Shown: positions 28,115 through 37,815 of the stretch, piece after piece | How the letters are laid out: the number at the start of each line of letters is the position of its first letter | Position numbering within the stretch: position 1 is the stretch's first letter | Assembly: GCA_020425605.1 (NCBI GenBank) | Contig: JAGQRH010000012.1 | Span: forward strand, 2,653 to 66,652 | Direction: 5' to 3' | From: Planctomycetota bacterium | GTDB taxonomy: Bacteria > Planctomycetota > UBA8742 > UBA2392 | DNA: 64,000 bases | Notes under the pieces: generated by a model | Seen by the model: the letters and a program-made list of their open reading frames with translations, nothing else | Told to the model about the DNA's origin: nothing | Databases searched by the model: none | Position numbers and translations under genes: made by a program

Positions 28115-29454
28115 CGGGCCTCGAGCTCGAGCTCGCAGTCGCGCTCGAGCATGAAACGCCCTCGCCGGACGGGCACAAGGCGCACATCCGGGCAGCGCTC
28201 CGCCAGCCGTTTGCGCAGCAGGATCAAGCGGCTTTCGAGATTGTCCTTGTAGGCCGGGAGCCCCAAGCTGTCGTCCATGCGCAGCTCGCGGTTGCCGAAC
28301 TCGGTGCGTCCGGTCTGTGAGTGCACCTTCAGCAGTTTCCAGAAGATCCGCCCGGGAACGTTGCGCACGAGGTACTCGCCGTCGCAGAAGACTACTTCGT
28401 CTTTCTCGTACCATGTAAAGGTGCGACGGCGCGCGGCAAGCGGCGGGCGTTCCGGCTCGGGCAGGGGCTCTTCGTCGGCACGCTCGGCAAGGCGCTCGAT
28501 GGCCAGCGCCGCCTGGTTGGCCAACAGGTTTAGGTAGGCCTCATGCCAATCCTGGAAGGCCAGCGGGTCCGCGCTTTCCAATGCCAACACGCCGATCAGT
28601 CGCTCCCCTACCACCAGCGGCAGCGCGAGCTGGCTCTGTGCGTCGCACAGCCCGGGCAGCGGGATCTCCTCGCACAATTGCGCGCCTTCGGCCTGCATCT
28701 CGTGCCGCACCGCACGCCCGTAGCGCAGCATTTCACCCATGCCGCTGACACGCAGCGGGCGGCGGGTCTTGGCGACCGTACCGATCAGCCCTTCCCCTAC
28801 ACCGACTTCCGCGCCCGCGCCGCTGGTCTCGTAGCCGGCGCTTTCGACTGCGTACAGGCGGGCGTCGCTTTCGTCATGCATCAGGAACATGGCGTGCTGC
28901 ACGCGGAACAGCTCGCACAACGAATGCAGCAGGGTTTTCAGAAGGCCGGCAAGGTCGTCCGTGCGGCTGACACGGTCGGATAGCACCTGCAATCCCCGAA
29001 GCTCGGCACGGGTGTCACCCATTTCCAGCCTTGGCGCGTCGCTGCTGCCGGGCAACAGATAGCCGGGCACGTGCTGCACGTCCAACACCTCGTAGATGTC
29101 CGACGAGAGCAGGCGGAAGATCCCCTTCATGCCGGTGTGCGCGGCGATGGCCTGGATGCGCAGCTCCATCTCGTCGAACAGCGGCCCGCTGCTTTCAGCA
29201 CGCACGAACTTCACGTCCAGTCGCCAGGCGTCGAGCGTTACCGGGTGCATGACTTTCACGCAGGCGTACGGGTTCTGGTCGATGTTACGGCGCGTCTTGT
29301 TGAAGAACTGGCAACTCAGCGCCACGTGCCCGTCATCCAGATAGTAGACTTGGCTGACGTACGCCACGTTGGGGACACCCGCCGAGTCGCAGGTGGCAAT
29401 CGCGGCCGGGACAACCCCTTGAAAGCAGGGCATCAAGTCGCGCAGGGCGGTCAT
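28111..29454 (-). CDS. PNPOx-like split-barrel + GAF domain protein (putative sensor)
   Basis: N-terminal pyridoxamine-5'-phosphate-oxidase-like fold; central GAF-like region; 447 aa. Confidence 0.6.
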   Translation of the reverse strand: MTALRDLMPCFQGVVPAAIATCDSAGVPNVAYVSQVYYLDDGHVALSCQFFNKTRRNIDQNPYACVKVMHPVTLDAWRLDVKFVRAESSGPLFDEMELRIQAIAAHTGMKGIFRLLSSDIYEVLDVQHVPGYLLPGSSDAPRLEMGDTRAELRGLQVLSDRVSRTDDLAGLLKTLLHSLCELFRVQHAMFLMHDESDARLYAVESAGYETSGAGAEVGVGEGLIGTVAKTRRPLRVSGMGEMLRYGRAVRHEMQAEGAQLCEEIPLPGLCDAQSQLALPLVVGERLIGVLALESADPLAFQDWHEAYLNLLANQAALAIERLAERADEEPLPEPERPPLAARRRTFTWYEKDEVVFCDGEYLVRNVPGRIFWKLLKVHSQTGRTEFGNRELRMDDSLGLPAYKDNLESRLILLRKRLAERCPDVRLVPVRRGRFMLERDCELELEAR

Positions 29455-29903
29455 GCGACCTCCGTGCCGGCCTTCGGCCCGGGGGTGGCTTCGAACACGC
29501 CGGTCAGCTCGAATTCGACCGCGACCAGCGCGTCGAAGTTCCAGGTTGCGGCCACGCGAGGGGCGATGCCCACCTCAATCACCGCCTGCCGGGCAGACTG
29601 GGCCAGGCGCTTCGCCAGCTTGTGTTCGGCGGGCGTCAGGTCACGGAGTTTCGCCCTCTCGCCCTTCAACTGGATGCTGCGGTGGGTAAGTGGCTCCGTG
29701 ACGACTACCGCGATCAGCCCATTGGCGCGCAGGTTGGCGAGGCTGCGATTGCTGCTGTCCGGTGCAACGAACACGACGCAGCGTGACTTCAGCACGCGCA
29801 CGCCGGCCGCGTGGCCCCAGTCAGGCCGTAGCTTTTTGTCCCGCGTCGCAATCACGCAGACGTGGCCGGTTTGAAGGAATTCTTTCAGTTCGCCGTCGAT
29901 CAA
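29451..29903 (-). CDS. Pyridoxamine 5'-phosphate oxidase family (split-barrel) protein
   Basis: 150 aa; ..GHVCVIATRDKKLRPD.. typical of PNPOx-like FMN-binding split barrel; start overlaps the upstream gene. Confidence 0.6.
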   Translation of the reverse strand: MIDGELKEFLQTGHVCVIATRDKKLRPDWGHAAGVRVLKSRCVVFVAPDSSNRSLANLRANGLIAVVVTEPLTHRSIQLKGERAKLRDLTPAEHKLAKRLAQSARQAVIEVGIAPRVAATWNFDALVAVEFELTGVFEATPGPKAGTEVA

Positions 29904-29966
29904 GCTGAACGCCCGCAGAGCCCGGCAAAAGATACAGCAAAGAGACCCATGTTCCGCAAGTGGAAG

Positions 29967-30284
29967 TCAACCGCAGCGGTAGGCACGCTGTTTGACCTCA
30001 TCGCATTTGCACGGGATCGCCTTGCAGCGGGGGCAGCCTTTGCCGTAGCGCTCGGCCGCGACTTCTTCGAGGTCTATGTTGGCAATGCTCGCGAGTGTGG
30101 TCAGCCAGGCCAGCACGTCGGCGAACTCGTGCCTCAGATTTTCGCGGCTTGTTCGGCCGTTGACGGCCCGGGCCAGCTCCCCCACTTCCTCGCAGAACCA
30201 GAGCCAGGTGCTTTCCACCCCGCGCTTGCGGTCCTTTTCGCCGTAGGTGTCGTCGATGACTTTCTGGAAGTCCTTGATATCCAT
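29967..30284 (-). CDS. MazG-like nucleotide pyrophosphohydrolase domain protein
   Basis: EEVGELARAV .. EFADVLAWLTTLA (EExxE/ExxD MazG motifs); start at MDIKDFQK; C-terminal Cys cluster CPRCKAIPCKC. Confidence 0.65.
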   Translation of the reverse strand: MDIKDFQKVIDDTYGEKDRKRGVESTWLWFCEEVGELARAVNGRTSRENLRHEFADVLAWLTTLASIANIDLEEVAAERYGKGCPRCKAIPCKCDEVKQRAYRCG

Positions 30285-30319
30285 GGGCACTCTCCTGACC
30301 GGCATTATAGTTTCGGGCC

Positions 30320-31783
30320 TTGCCAAGCGCGGGATGCCAATTGACCCACACCGAGGACACATACTTCTTCACTCATGCGGTGCTGCAGCAGGCTGCTTAT
30401 CAGCTATCGCCGCCGTCCGTACGTGCGGGGCTTCACGCATCGGCCGCCGAATTGCTGGGCGAACTACCGGAGCCACCCGCCGCCGACATCGCCTTGCACG
30501 CGCGGCTTGCGCGTGAAGGTGTCACCCAGTTCGACGACACGCTGCTGAAGCTTGAGCGACACTGGCTTGAACAGGCTGCCACTGACGCCGAGCAGTCGTA
30601 TCGCACCTTCGACGCTATCCGCATGCTCGAGCGCCTTGCATCCATCCAGCGCTCGGAATCTCCGGATCAGGTCGGCACCTGGTGTCGCCTCGCAAGCCTA
30701 TTGATCGAGCTGAATCGGATCGGAGAGGCGCTTCCGCTTGCCGAGAGAGCGCTTGAGGTCGCACAGCAACTCGAAGATCTGCGCCTGCAGGCAGACGCTT
30801 GCAGTGCAATTGCGGCCGCTTGCCGGGACGGCATCCGCAACGCCGAGGCAGGCGACTACTATCGTCGCGCACGTGACCTGTTCAGCCAAATCGGGCACAA
30901 GCCGGGGCTGGTGAAGGTGGCGCTGGGACTTGCCGGTACGTTGTGGATCCAGGGAAACCTTGAAGAGGCTGAGGAAGTCGTGCGCGAAGCCTGCGAGCTC
31001 GGTGGTGATGCGCAGGACTCGCCTACCCGCGCCGGCGCATGGATGAACCGCCTCGGCATTGTCCTTCAGTCGCGCAAATTCGACGAAGCCCGGGACATCC
31101 TGAAGAGGCTGGATGCCATCGCTGCAAAGACCACCCAACCCGTGCTGCAGATGCGCCTGCATTCGTTTCGCGGCTACGCGCTCGACGTCATGGGTGAAAG
31201 CGAACCAGCACGCAGGGAGTACACCATCGCCATGGCTCTCGCCCAGCAGACCGGCAACATGGCCGAGGTTGCACGCTGCCAGACAAACCTGGCCCTGCTG
31301 GACGCGGCTGAGAAGCGCTATGCACAGGCGAACGCACGTCACGTGGCGGCCGAACGGATTGCCCGCGAGCAGGGCGACCTTCGTATCGCGGCCTACGCAT
31401 GTGCCGGACAGTCTCATATCGCCTGCTGGCTGGGCGACTTTCGCTCGGGGCTTGAGCGTATTCACGCGTCCATCAGGATCGCCACTCAACTCGGCTTGGG
31501 TGGAATTACAGAGAACTGGAAGGTCACGGCTGGGCTGCTGCACGCCGAACTCGGTGACCTTGATGCCGCAAGCGAGATACTGCAAAACATGAACCAGCCG
31601 GACACATCACTAAGTGTCGCCACGCGTCTGGCGGTCCTTGGCGTGATCGCTTCCCGAGCTGGCGACACCGACGGCGCCAGGACGCTGGCAGCTCAGGCAA
31701 GAGAACACTTGCCGGGAAGCCCTTATGAAGTCGATCCACCGGCGGGCCGGTGGATCGACATGGCACTCGCGCTATTGGGCTGA
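30320..31783 (+). pseudogene. N-terminally truncated STAND-type regulator remnant (TPR-repeat C-terminal portion only)
   Basis: ORF opens with TTG right after an in-frame stop (30308-30310) and begins mid-domain with FTHAVLQQAAYQL (characteristic end of an NB-ARC/AAA+ STAND module), followed by about 9 TPR-like repeats; no ATPase domain; MazG gene lies 36 bp upstream on the other strand. Confidence 0.5.
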
Positions 31784-34700
31784 CTATTTGCTGTCAATCT
31801 GCTTCAGCAGCTCTTTCACGGCCGTCTCGGTCTGGCGATCGATGCCCTTGTCGAGCTCTTCGGGTGTGTTCTCAATGAAGATGTCAGGCTTGCGGCCGGA
31901 AAGTTCCAGGTTGTCGCCGTCTACGGTAAACGCACCAGTGCTGGGCAGTCGCATTCGGCTGCCGTCGAGCAGGCTGTAGCTGCCGGTGCCAATGCAGCCG
32001 CCGGCTGTGTCGACTCCGACCACCTTGCCGACACCGAGCCGCCTGAAGCCTTCGGCCATGATCTCGGCATTGCTGAAGCTGGCCTGGTTGATCAGCAGGA
32101 TGCTGGGTTTTTCCAACGCGATTGAGCGGTAAATGTTCTCGCTGACGTCCTTCATCCCGCCGTATTGGCGCCGCAGCCAGGTCTTCTTGTAGAGGATCTC
32201 CAGCACGTCCACGGCCGTTGAGCCACCCCCGTTATAGCGCACGTCGATCACTACGCCTTCTTTGCCGAGCATCTCATCACCGAGCTCATGCTTGAACGCT
32301 GCAAGCGACGCTCCGTCCATGGCACGGATATGCACGTAGCCGAGACGTCCTTTTGACAGCTTCTCGACCAATGCACGCTGGAAGCGCACCCAGCGGTCGT
32401 AGAAAAGCTGGTACTCGGCACCGCGGCTGACTGGCTTGACTGCGACCGTGTGCGCGCCGTCGCCGCTGTTGATGTCCGGGCGGAACTCAAGCGTCGTCTT
32501 CTTGCCGATCGTGCTCACCAGAATGGCGGAGAGGTTTACGGACTCCAGCATCTGGCCGTTGACCGCAATGAGATACTCGCCAACTTTCGGGGCACCTTCC
32601 GGCTGGTCGCACGGGCCGTCCTTTACGACTTCGGTGACCTTGTAGCGGCCCTTGGACAACTCAATCGCATCGAACAGCAGGCCGAGGCAACCGGTGCTTT
32701 CGCTGAAGTTGTCGGCGCGCGGGTCACTTGCGTAGTAGCCCTGGTGGCTGCTGTTCAGCTCACCGAGCAGGTCGTTCATCAACGCGCCGTACTCGTCGCC
32801 CGTGCTGACCGAGGCCAGTACCCGCTTGTAGCGCTTGGCGGTGGCGTACCAGTCAAGCCCGTGGTGCTTGTTGTCGTAGAAATACTCACCCATTACCCAG
32901 GTGGCTTCGTCGAACACGGCCGCGCGCACCTCGTCACGCTTGCGGCGCTGCTCAACGCGAAAGTTGTACGTCGTGATCTTGCCGCCGTTGACGGACATGG
33001 AACTGATGCGTCCGCCGTCGAGGAACCAGATGGTCTTTTCATCGGCGCTGACGCTCAGGCCGCCCTTGCTGCTCTTGCTTTGCGTAAGCTGCTTCAGGTC
33101 CGGGCCCTTGTCCGGATCAAGCGTAAGCTTCCACAAGTTGGACTGCCCCTGAGAGTTGCCTGTGAACAGGTAGGTCTTGCCATCGGACAGCGCGATCGGT
33201 GACCACTCGTGGCCGTCAAGGCTGGTGATGCGCCTGGCGCGGTCGCGAATGCCGTCGAAGTCGATCTTGACCTCGATCTTCTTCTTCGCCGGCTTCTTTG
33301 CGTCCGGCCTTGCGTCACCGTCCTTCGTGTCGTCGGTCTTGTCGTCGCTGCCCGGGTCTTTCTTCTCTGCCTTCTTGAACAGCTTCTCAAGCTTGTCTTC
33401 CTTGAACTCCGTCGGCTCGGGCGCAAGCTCAACCGAGTAGAGGTCGTAGCTGCCCTCCTGGTTGTTTACGAACACGATGCGCTTGCCATCCGCACTGAAG
33501 CTGGCACTGCCGCTGTTGCCGAAGAGGTGTGAGATCGGCCGCGCCTCACCGGTCGCCGTGTCGGCCACCATGATGACATCGTCGTAAAGTTCATTCCTCT
33601 GGTCGTACACAACCCAGCGGCCGTCCGGGCTGAAGCGGAAGGCATCTCCGCCCCACAGGCTCGCGCCATGGAAGTTGCCCTTGATTGCCGTTGGGGTCTC
33701 TTCCGGCTTCTCGGCGTCGGGCCCGATGAACCGATAGGGCTCAATCCGTTTCTCGTCATCGACCACCCAGATCCATCCATCTGCAGATACGGTCGGGTGG
33801 CTGCGACGGGAGACGAGCTCTGACCCGCCGACGTATTCGTTCTTGCCACCATTGATCAGTGCCCCAACGTCAACTTCCTGAACCTCGCCTGAGAGGTGTT
33901 TGAGGAAGACCAGCCTGGAGCTGTCCGGCGCCCAGGTGACAGAGACTTCTTTCTGCACCGTGTCCGTTACCTGGAAAGGAACCGCGTCCTCGTCGGCCGG
34001 CATCACGAACACATCGCCGCCGGCAACGAACGCGATCTTCTTGCCGTCAGGGCTGATCGCGTACTCTTCAGCCGTCGTCAGCGTGTTGCTTAGCCAATCC
34101 GCACGACGCACATCGCTGCCCAGCTTGATCTCTGGCACTTTCACGCTGAAGGGATGGTTGGTGAGCATGTTCCAGACATAGAGCTCCCAGCCGCCATAGT
34201 TGCCGCTGGTGATCGCGCAGTTGCGCCCGCCGATGCTGATGTCCTTGGCGTCGATGTCGCGCTGGTCGCCGATCCGGGCGACGGCACCCGTGCGCAGGTC
34301 ATAGGTGGCAATGTGGGCCGTGCGCTCACTCGCTCCGTCTTCACCCGCCGCACTGACAAACAGCAGGACGCTGTTGTCGCGCCAGGCAGGCGATGCATCG
34401 TGGCTGGCGTTGTCCGTGACCCGCCGGTGATTGCTGGTGCTGATGCCGTCAAAGTCGCACACCCAGATGTCGCCATCGGCCGTGCCGTTATACATGCGGC
34501 GTCGCGTCGGGCTGCCGCCAGAGTTGCAGTACGCGATGTGCTTGCCGTCGGGCGTGATCGTGGCGTCGTATTCGTGCACGCCGAAACCGCCGCCCGTGAT
34601 CGGCCAGGGCTCGCCCCCCGACATGCGCACGATCCAGAGGTCGCGGCTGTCTTCGCGGCGGTAGCTGCTGAAGATGATTCCCGAGCTGTCTGGCAGCCAG

Positions 34701-35077
34701 CAATCCGGCTGGTCGCTCGCGTCGGCGAACGTAAGGCGCCGGGCGACACCGCCCTCGGCCGGCATCACGAAGACATCGTCATTGCCGTAGCGGCGTGACC
34801 TGAATGCGAGCCACTTGCCGTCCGGCGAAAACTGCGGGTCGCCGTCGTTGTCTTCGGTGACCGTCAAGCGCCGCGCCGTACCGCCCTGGCTCGGCACACT
34901 CCAGATATCGCCGTCATAGACGAAGGCGAGCGTCTGGCCGTCAGGAGACAGAGCCGGCTGCACGAATATGTTCGCAGCTACTTCCGGCAAAGCACCGCTC
35001 TGCGCAATCAGGCTCGGGGATTCGATCGATGCGTAGGCCAGCAACAATGCGGCCGCGAAGGCGGTGAGATATTTCAT
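31784..35077 (-). CDS. Tricorn protease homologue (WD40/TolB-like beta-propellers + PDZ + S41 peptidase)
   Basis: Signal peptide; repeated SPDGK..LAF.. propeller blades; S41 region ..NQASFSNAEIMAEGFR..; Lys/Asp-rich linker; start at MKYLTAF preferred; the track ORF extends to 35101. Confidence 0.8.
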   Translation of the reverse strand: MKYLTAFAAALLLAYASIESPSLIAQSGALPEVAANIFVQPALSPDGQTLAFVYDGDIWSVPSQGGTARRLTVTEDNDGDPQFSPDGKWLAFRSRRYGNDDVFVMPAEGGVARRLTFADASDQPDCWLPDSSGIIFSSYRREDSRDLWIVRMSGGEPWPITGGGFGVHEYDATITPDGKHIAYCNSGGSPTRRRMYNGTADGDIWVCDFDGISTSNHRRVTDNASHDASPAWRDNSVLLFVSAAGEDGASERTAHIATYDLRTGAVARIGDQRDIDAKDISIGGRNCAITSGNYGGWELYVWNMLTNHPFSVKVPEIKLGSDVRRADWLSNTLTTAEEYAISPDGKKIAFVAGGDVFVMPADEDAVPFQVTDTVQKEVSVTWAPDSSRLVFLKHLSGEVQEVDVGALINGGKNEYVGGSELVSRRSHPTVSADGWIWVVDDEKRIEPYRFIGPDAEKPEETPTAIKGNFHGASLWGGDAFRFSPDGRWVVYDQRNELYDDVIMVADTATGEARPISHLFGNSGSASFSADGKRIVFVNNQEGSYDLYSVELAPEPTEFKEDKLEKLFKKAEKKDPGSDDKTDDTKDGDARPDAKKPAKKKIEVKIDFDGIRDRARRITSLDGHEWSPIALSDGKTYLFTGNSQGQSNLWKLTLDPDKGPDLKQLTQSKSSKGGLSVSADEKTIWFLDGGRISSMSVNGGKITTYNFRVEQRRKRDEVRAAVFDEATWVMGEYFYDNKHHGLDWYATAKRYKRVLASVSTGDEYGALMNDLLGELNSSHQGYYASDPRADNFSESTGCLGLLFDAIELSKGRYKVTEVVKDGPCDQPEGAPKVGEYLIAVNGQMLESVNLSAILVSTIGKKTTLEFRPDINSGDGAHTVAVKPVSRGAEYQLFYDRWVRFQRALVEKLSKGRLGYVHIRAMDGASLAAFKHELGDEMLGKEGVVIDVRYNGGGSTAVDVLEILYKKTWLRRQYGGMKDVSENIYRSIALEKPSILLINQASFSNAEIMAEGFRRLGVGKVVGVDTAGGCIGTGSYSLLDGSRMRLPSTGAFTVDGDNLELSGRKPDIFIENTPEELDKGIDRQTETAVKELLKQIDSK

Positions 35078-35158
35078 TTCTGCTCCGGTGCGGGGGCCCA
35101 CCCTTCATACGAAATGGGGGCCGCGGAGCTACCAGCCTCTTGTGATTTTCAGGGGCGG

Positions 35159-35461
35159 TCAGTCCTTGCGGACTGATTCTTTCCCGGGCTTGACCGCGCT
35201 GGCCTCTTCGGCCGGGCTGGTCTTGTCCCATGCGTCGCGGAGGCGCTTGCCGCGCTCAACTGCTTCGTCGACGTCTTTTCGCAGGCGGGGCAGATCGGCA
35301 TCCATGGAAGCTTCCGGATGCAATTGGTAGAAGTAGGCCCCAGCGCTGACTAGGCCTATGGTGAAAAAGAAGATGTAGCCGACAATGCCCCGCACTGCGT
35401 GTTCTCCCGCGGGTGAATCGGCACGGAAGGCGCGCCCGCTGCAGGGAATCCGGTTTCGCAT
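35159..35461 (-). CDS. Possible small membrane protein
   Basis: One hydrophobic helix (IVGYIFFFTIGLVSAGAYFY) followed by a charged C-terminus; start uncertain. Confidence 0.3.
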   Translation of the reverse strand: MRNRIPCSGRAFRADSPAGEHAVRGIVGYIFFFTIGLVSAGAYFYQLHPEASMDADLPRLRKDVDEAVERGKRLRDAWDKTSPAEEASAVKPGKESVRKD

Positions 35462-35660
35462 GTATGGTTTGGTGAAGAAGTTGCGTCACGGATGCGTCAG
35501 AAAGAATGTCACCAAAAACGACTGCTCGGTGAAACTGGCGTGATAGACGTGAGTTACCTTTCCACACGTCGCGAGAGCGGCACCAAAGATAAGAGCCAAG
35601 GCCGCTGTGGGAGATGTCGCTAGTTAAGGGGGGGCGGTATCTTCAAGGCCTTTACTCCGG

Positions 35661-35700
35661 CAAGGGCGATCGGGAAACCGGTCGCCCTTGTCCTTTTTCG
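35661..35700 (+). terminator. Strong plus-strand intrinsic terminator with no annotated plus-strand gene upstream
   Basis: CAAGGGCGAUCGG-GAAAC-CGGUCGCCCUUG stem then UCCUUUUUCG; 60 bp upstream of thioesterase start. Confidence 0.6.
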
Positions 35701-35759
35701 TACATTCCGGTCGCGGGTTGATACAATCTCGCCCCATCCAAGGGCTTGCGACTGTTTTC

Positions 35760-36164
35760 ATGGCTTATGTCAGCAGCTACGAAGTTGAAGTTCGCAGCTA
35801 TGAGCTGGACGTATACAACCACGTCAACAACGCGGTTTATCTGAACTGGCTTGAGCACGGACGTAGTAAACTCTTGCAGGACAAGGGGTTTGACTACCTG
35901 TCCATCATGGACGCGTGGGGCGTCCAGTTCATGACCGTGCATACGGGGATCGACTACCACAAGGCGCTCAAGCTGGGCGACGATGCGGTAGTTACTACGC
36001 AAGTGGCCAAAATCGGAAACACCAGCTTTACCATCGCGCATGCCATCACACGCGTGGGAGACACGGATCCGGCCGCGAAGGCCGAGGTCGTTATCGTTTA
36101 CACCGACGTCACTACAGGTCGCCCCACGCCTGTGCCGAAAGAGTTCGTGAGGCTTTACGCGTGA
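35760..36164 (+). CDS. Acyl-CoA thioesterase (4HBT/YbgC-like hotdog fold)
   Basis: 134 aa from MAYVSSYEVEVRSYELDVYNHVNNAVYL (hotdog thioesterase signature). Confidence 0.8.
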   Translation: MAYVSSYEVEVRSYELDVYNHVNNAVYLNWLEHGRSKLLQDKGFDYLSIMDAWGVQFMTVHTGIDYHKALKLGDDAVVTTQVAKIGNTSFTIAHAITRVGDTDPAAKAEVVIVYTDVTTGRPTPVPKEFVRLYA

Positions 36165-37774
36165 AGGAACCTTTCGACTGGCAGGCGAAGTATCCGCCCG
36201 GCGTCAAGCGCGTCTATGAGCCGTTGCGTCGCTACCTGTGGCAATACCTGCAGGCGACGGCCCAGCGATACCCGGAAAAGCCCGCCATTCTCTATGAGCA
36301 GCAGATCATCACCTACGGCCAGCTTTGGCGGCAGGTGAAGACGGGTGCAAGCATCCTGCGGTCGCGCGGCTTCGCCAAAGGCAAGCGCGGTGATCGCGTG
36401 ATGCTCTGCCTGCCGAACTGTCCAGAGTTCATTCTGCAGTACTACGCGGCACTGCGCGCCGACATGATCCCGGTGGCGGTCAATCCGAACCTGACTCGCG
36501 ATGAGTTGGCCGAGGCAATCCGGGTGATAGAGCCACGGGCCGCGTTCGTCGCAAGCGACGCGGCCGGCGAGTTCGAAGCCGCACGTGTACGCGCCCACAT
36601 CCGCGAGCCAAAGACATTCTTTGTACGCCCGGGTAGTGAATTCAACTCCGGACGAGGCGATGAGGCATTGCTGCCCGACGTGCTGGGCGAGCCCGAAGAA
36701 TCGGCGCAGCGCACGGACGTGGACATCGCCGTGCTGCAATTCACCAGCGGAACCACCGGCGGAACCAAGATCGCGATGATGAGCCACCGCAACCTGGTTG
36801 CGAACGCCGAACAGAACAACATGTGGTTTCAATGGACGCAGCGAGACGTGATTCTCGGGGCGCTTCCGCTGTACCACACCTGGGGCATGTGCTGCGTGAT
36901 GAACTCGGCGATCCTTGCCGGCGCGACGATCGCACTGGTTCCGCAGTTCAATGCGGGCCAGGTACTCGAGACCATCGAGCGCCACGGAGTGACGATCGCA
37001 TACGGCAGCGGCACGATGTTCCTGCGCCTGCTCGATACTGCGGGTGATGAAGCAGCCGAAGTATTTTCATCCCTGCGCTACGTCAAGGCAGGCGCGATGC
37101 TGATCGACAGCTCACTCAACGAGCGCTGGGCAAAGGCTGTGCCGGACGTGCCCATGATCAACGGCTACGGACTTACCGAGGCGTCGCCAGAGGTGACCAA
37201 CAACCCGCCGAATGCCGTGAAACCGGGAACGGTCGGGATTCCGCTGCCCGGGACTGAACTCCGGCTTTGCAGGCCGGACGATCCCGAGACGCCGATCGCT
37301 GAGGGCGAAGGCGAAATCCAGGTACGCGGGCCGCAAGTTACGCTCGGTTACTGGAGCCGCCCGGCCGAGACGCGCGCTACCGTGCTGAGCGGAGGCTGGC
37401 TGCGCACCGGCGATATCGGGCGCTTTGATGCAGACGGCTACTTGAAGATCGTGGACAGGCTGAAGGACCTCATCAAATTCCGCGGCTACAGCGTTGCGCC
37501 CAGCGAGGTCGAAGCCGTCCTGCTGACGCATCCGTCAGTGAAGGAAGCAACCGTGGTCGGCATACCCGATTCCAGCGACGGCGAAGTGCCCGTAGCCTAT
37601 CTCGTGCTGAAAGAGGGCGTGCCGGCAGAAGTTGTTGACATGCCCGGATTCGTCGAGCCGCATCTGGCCAGCTACAAGCACCCAAGGCGCTACCACGTCG
37701 TACACGAGATTCCCAAGAACCACGTAGGCAAGCCGCTCAAACGCGTATTGAGAGAAATGCCGGAGCCGACTTAG
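36161..37774 (+). CDS. Long-chain fatty acid--CoA ligase (AMP-binding family)
   Basis: GTG start overlapping thioesterase stop (GTGA); AMP-binding motifs TSGTTGGTK, YGLTE, GWLRTGDIG, and final Lys in HVGKPLKR. Confidence 0.85.
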   Translation: MKEPFDWQAKYPPGVKRVYEPLRRYLWQYLQATAQRYPEKPAILYEQQIITYGQLWRQVKTGASILRSRGFAKGKRGDRVMLCLPNCPEFILQYYAALRADMIPVAVNPNLTRDELAEAIRVIEPRAAFVASDAAGEFEAARVRAHIREPKTFFVRPGSEFNSGRGDEALLPDVLGEPEESAQRTDVDIAVLQFTSGTTGGTKIAMMSHRNLVANAEQNNMWFQWTQRDVILGALPLYHTWGMCCVMNSAILAGATIALVPQFNAGQVLETIERHGVTIAYGSGTMFLRLLDTAGDEAAEVFSSLRYVKAGAMLIDSSLNERWAKAVPDVPMINGYGLTEASPEVTNNPPNAVKPGTVGIPLPGTELRLCRPDDPETPIAEGEGEIQVRGPQVTLGYWSRPAETRATVLSGGWLRTGDIGRFDADGYLKIVDRLKDLIKFRGYSVAPSEVEAVLLTHPSVKEATVVGIPDSSDGEVPVAYLVLKEGVPAEVVDMPGFVEPHLASYKHPRRYHVVHEIPKNHVGKPLKRVLREMPEPT

Positions 37775-37815
37775 TTAGTAGATTGTGGTTGGTAGTTGAT
37801 AGGACCTGCGGTCTG

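Noticed and set aside
35560-35610. Possible SRP (4.5S) RNA because of an AGCCAAGGC-like motif
   Set aside because: The rest of the conserved domain IV (GGAA tetraloop context, flanking pairing) is not present; similarity is limited to 8-9 nt.
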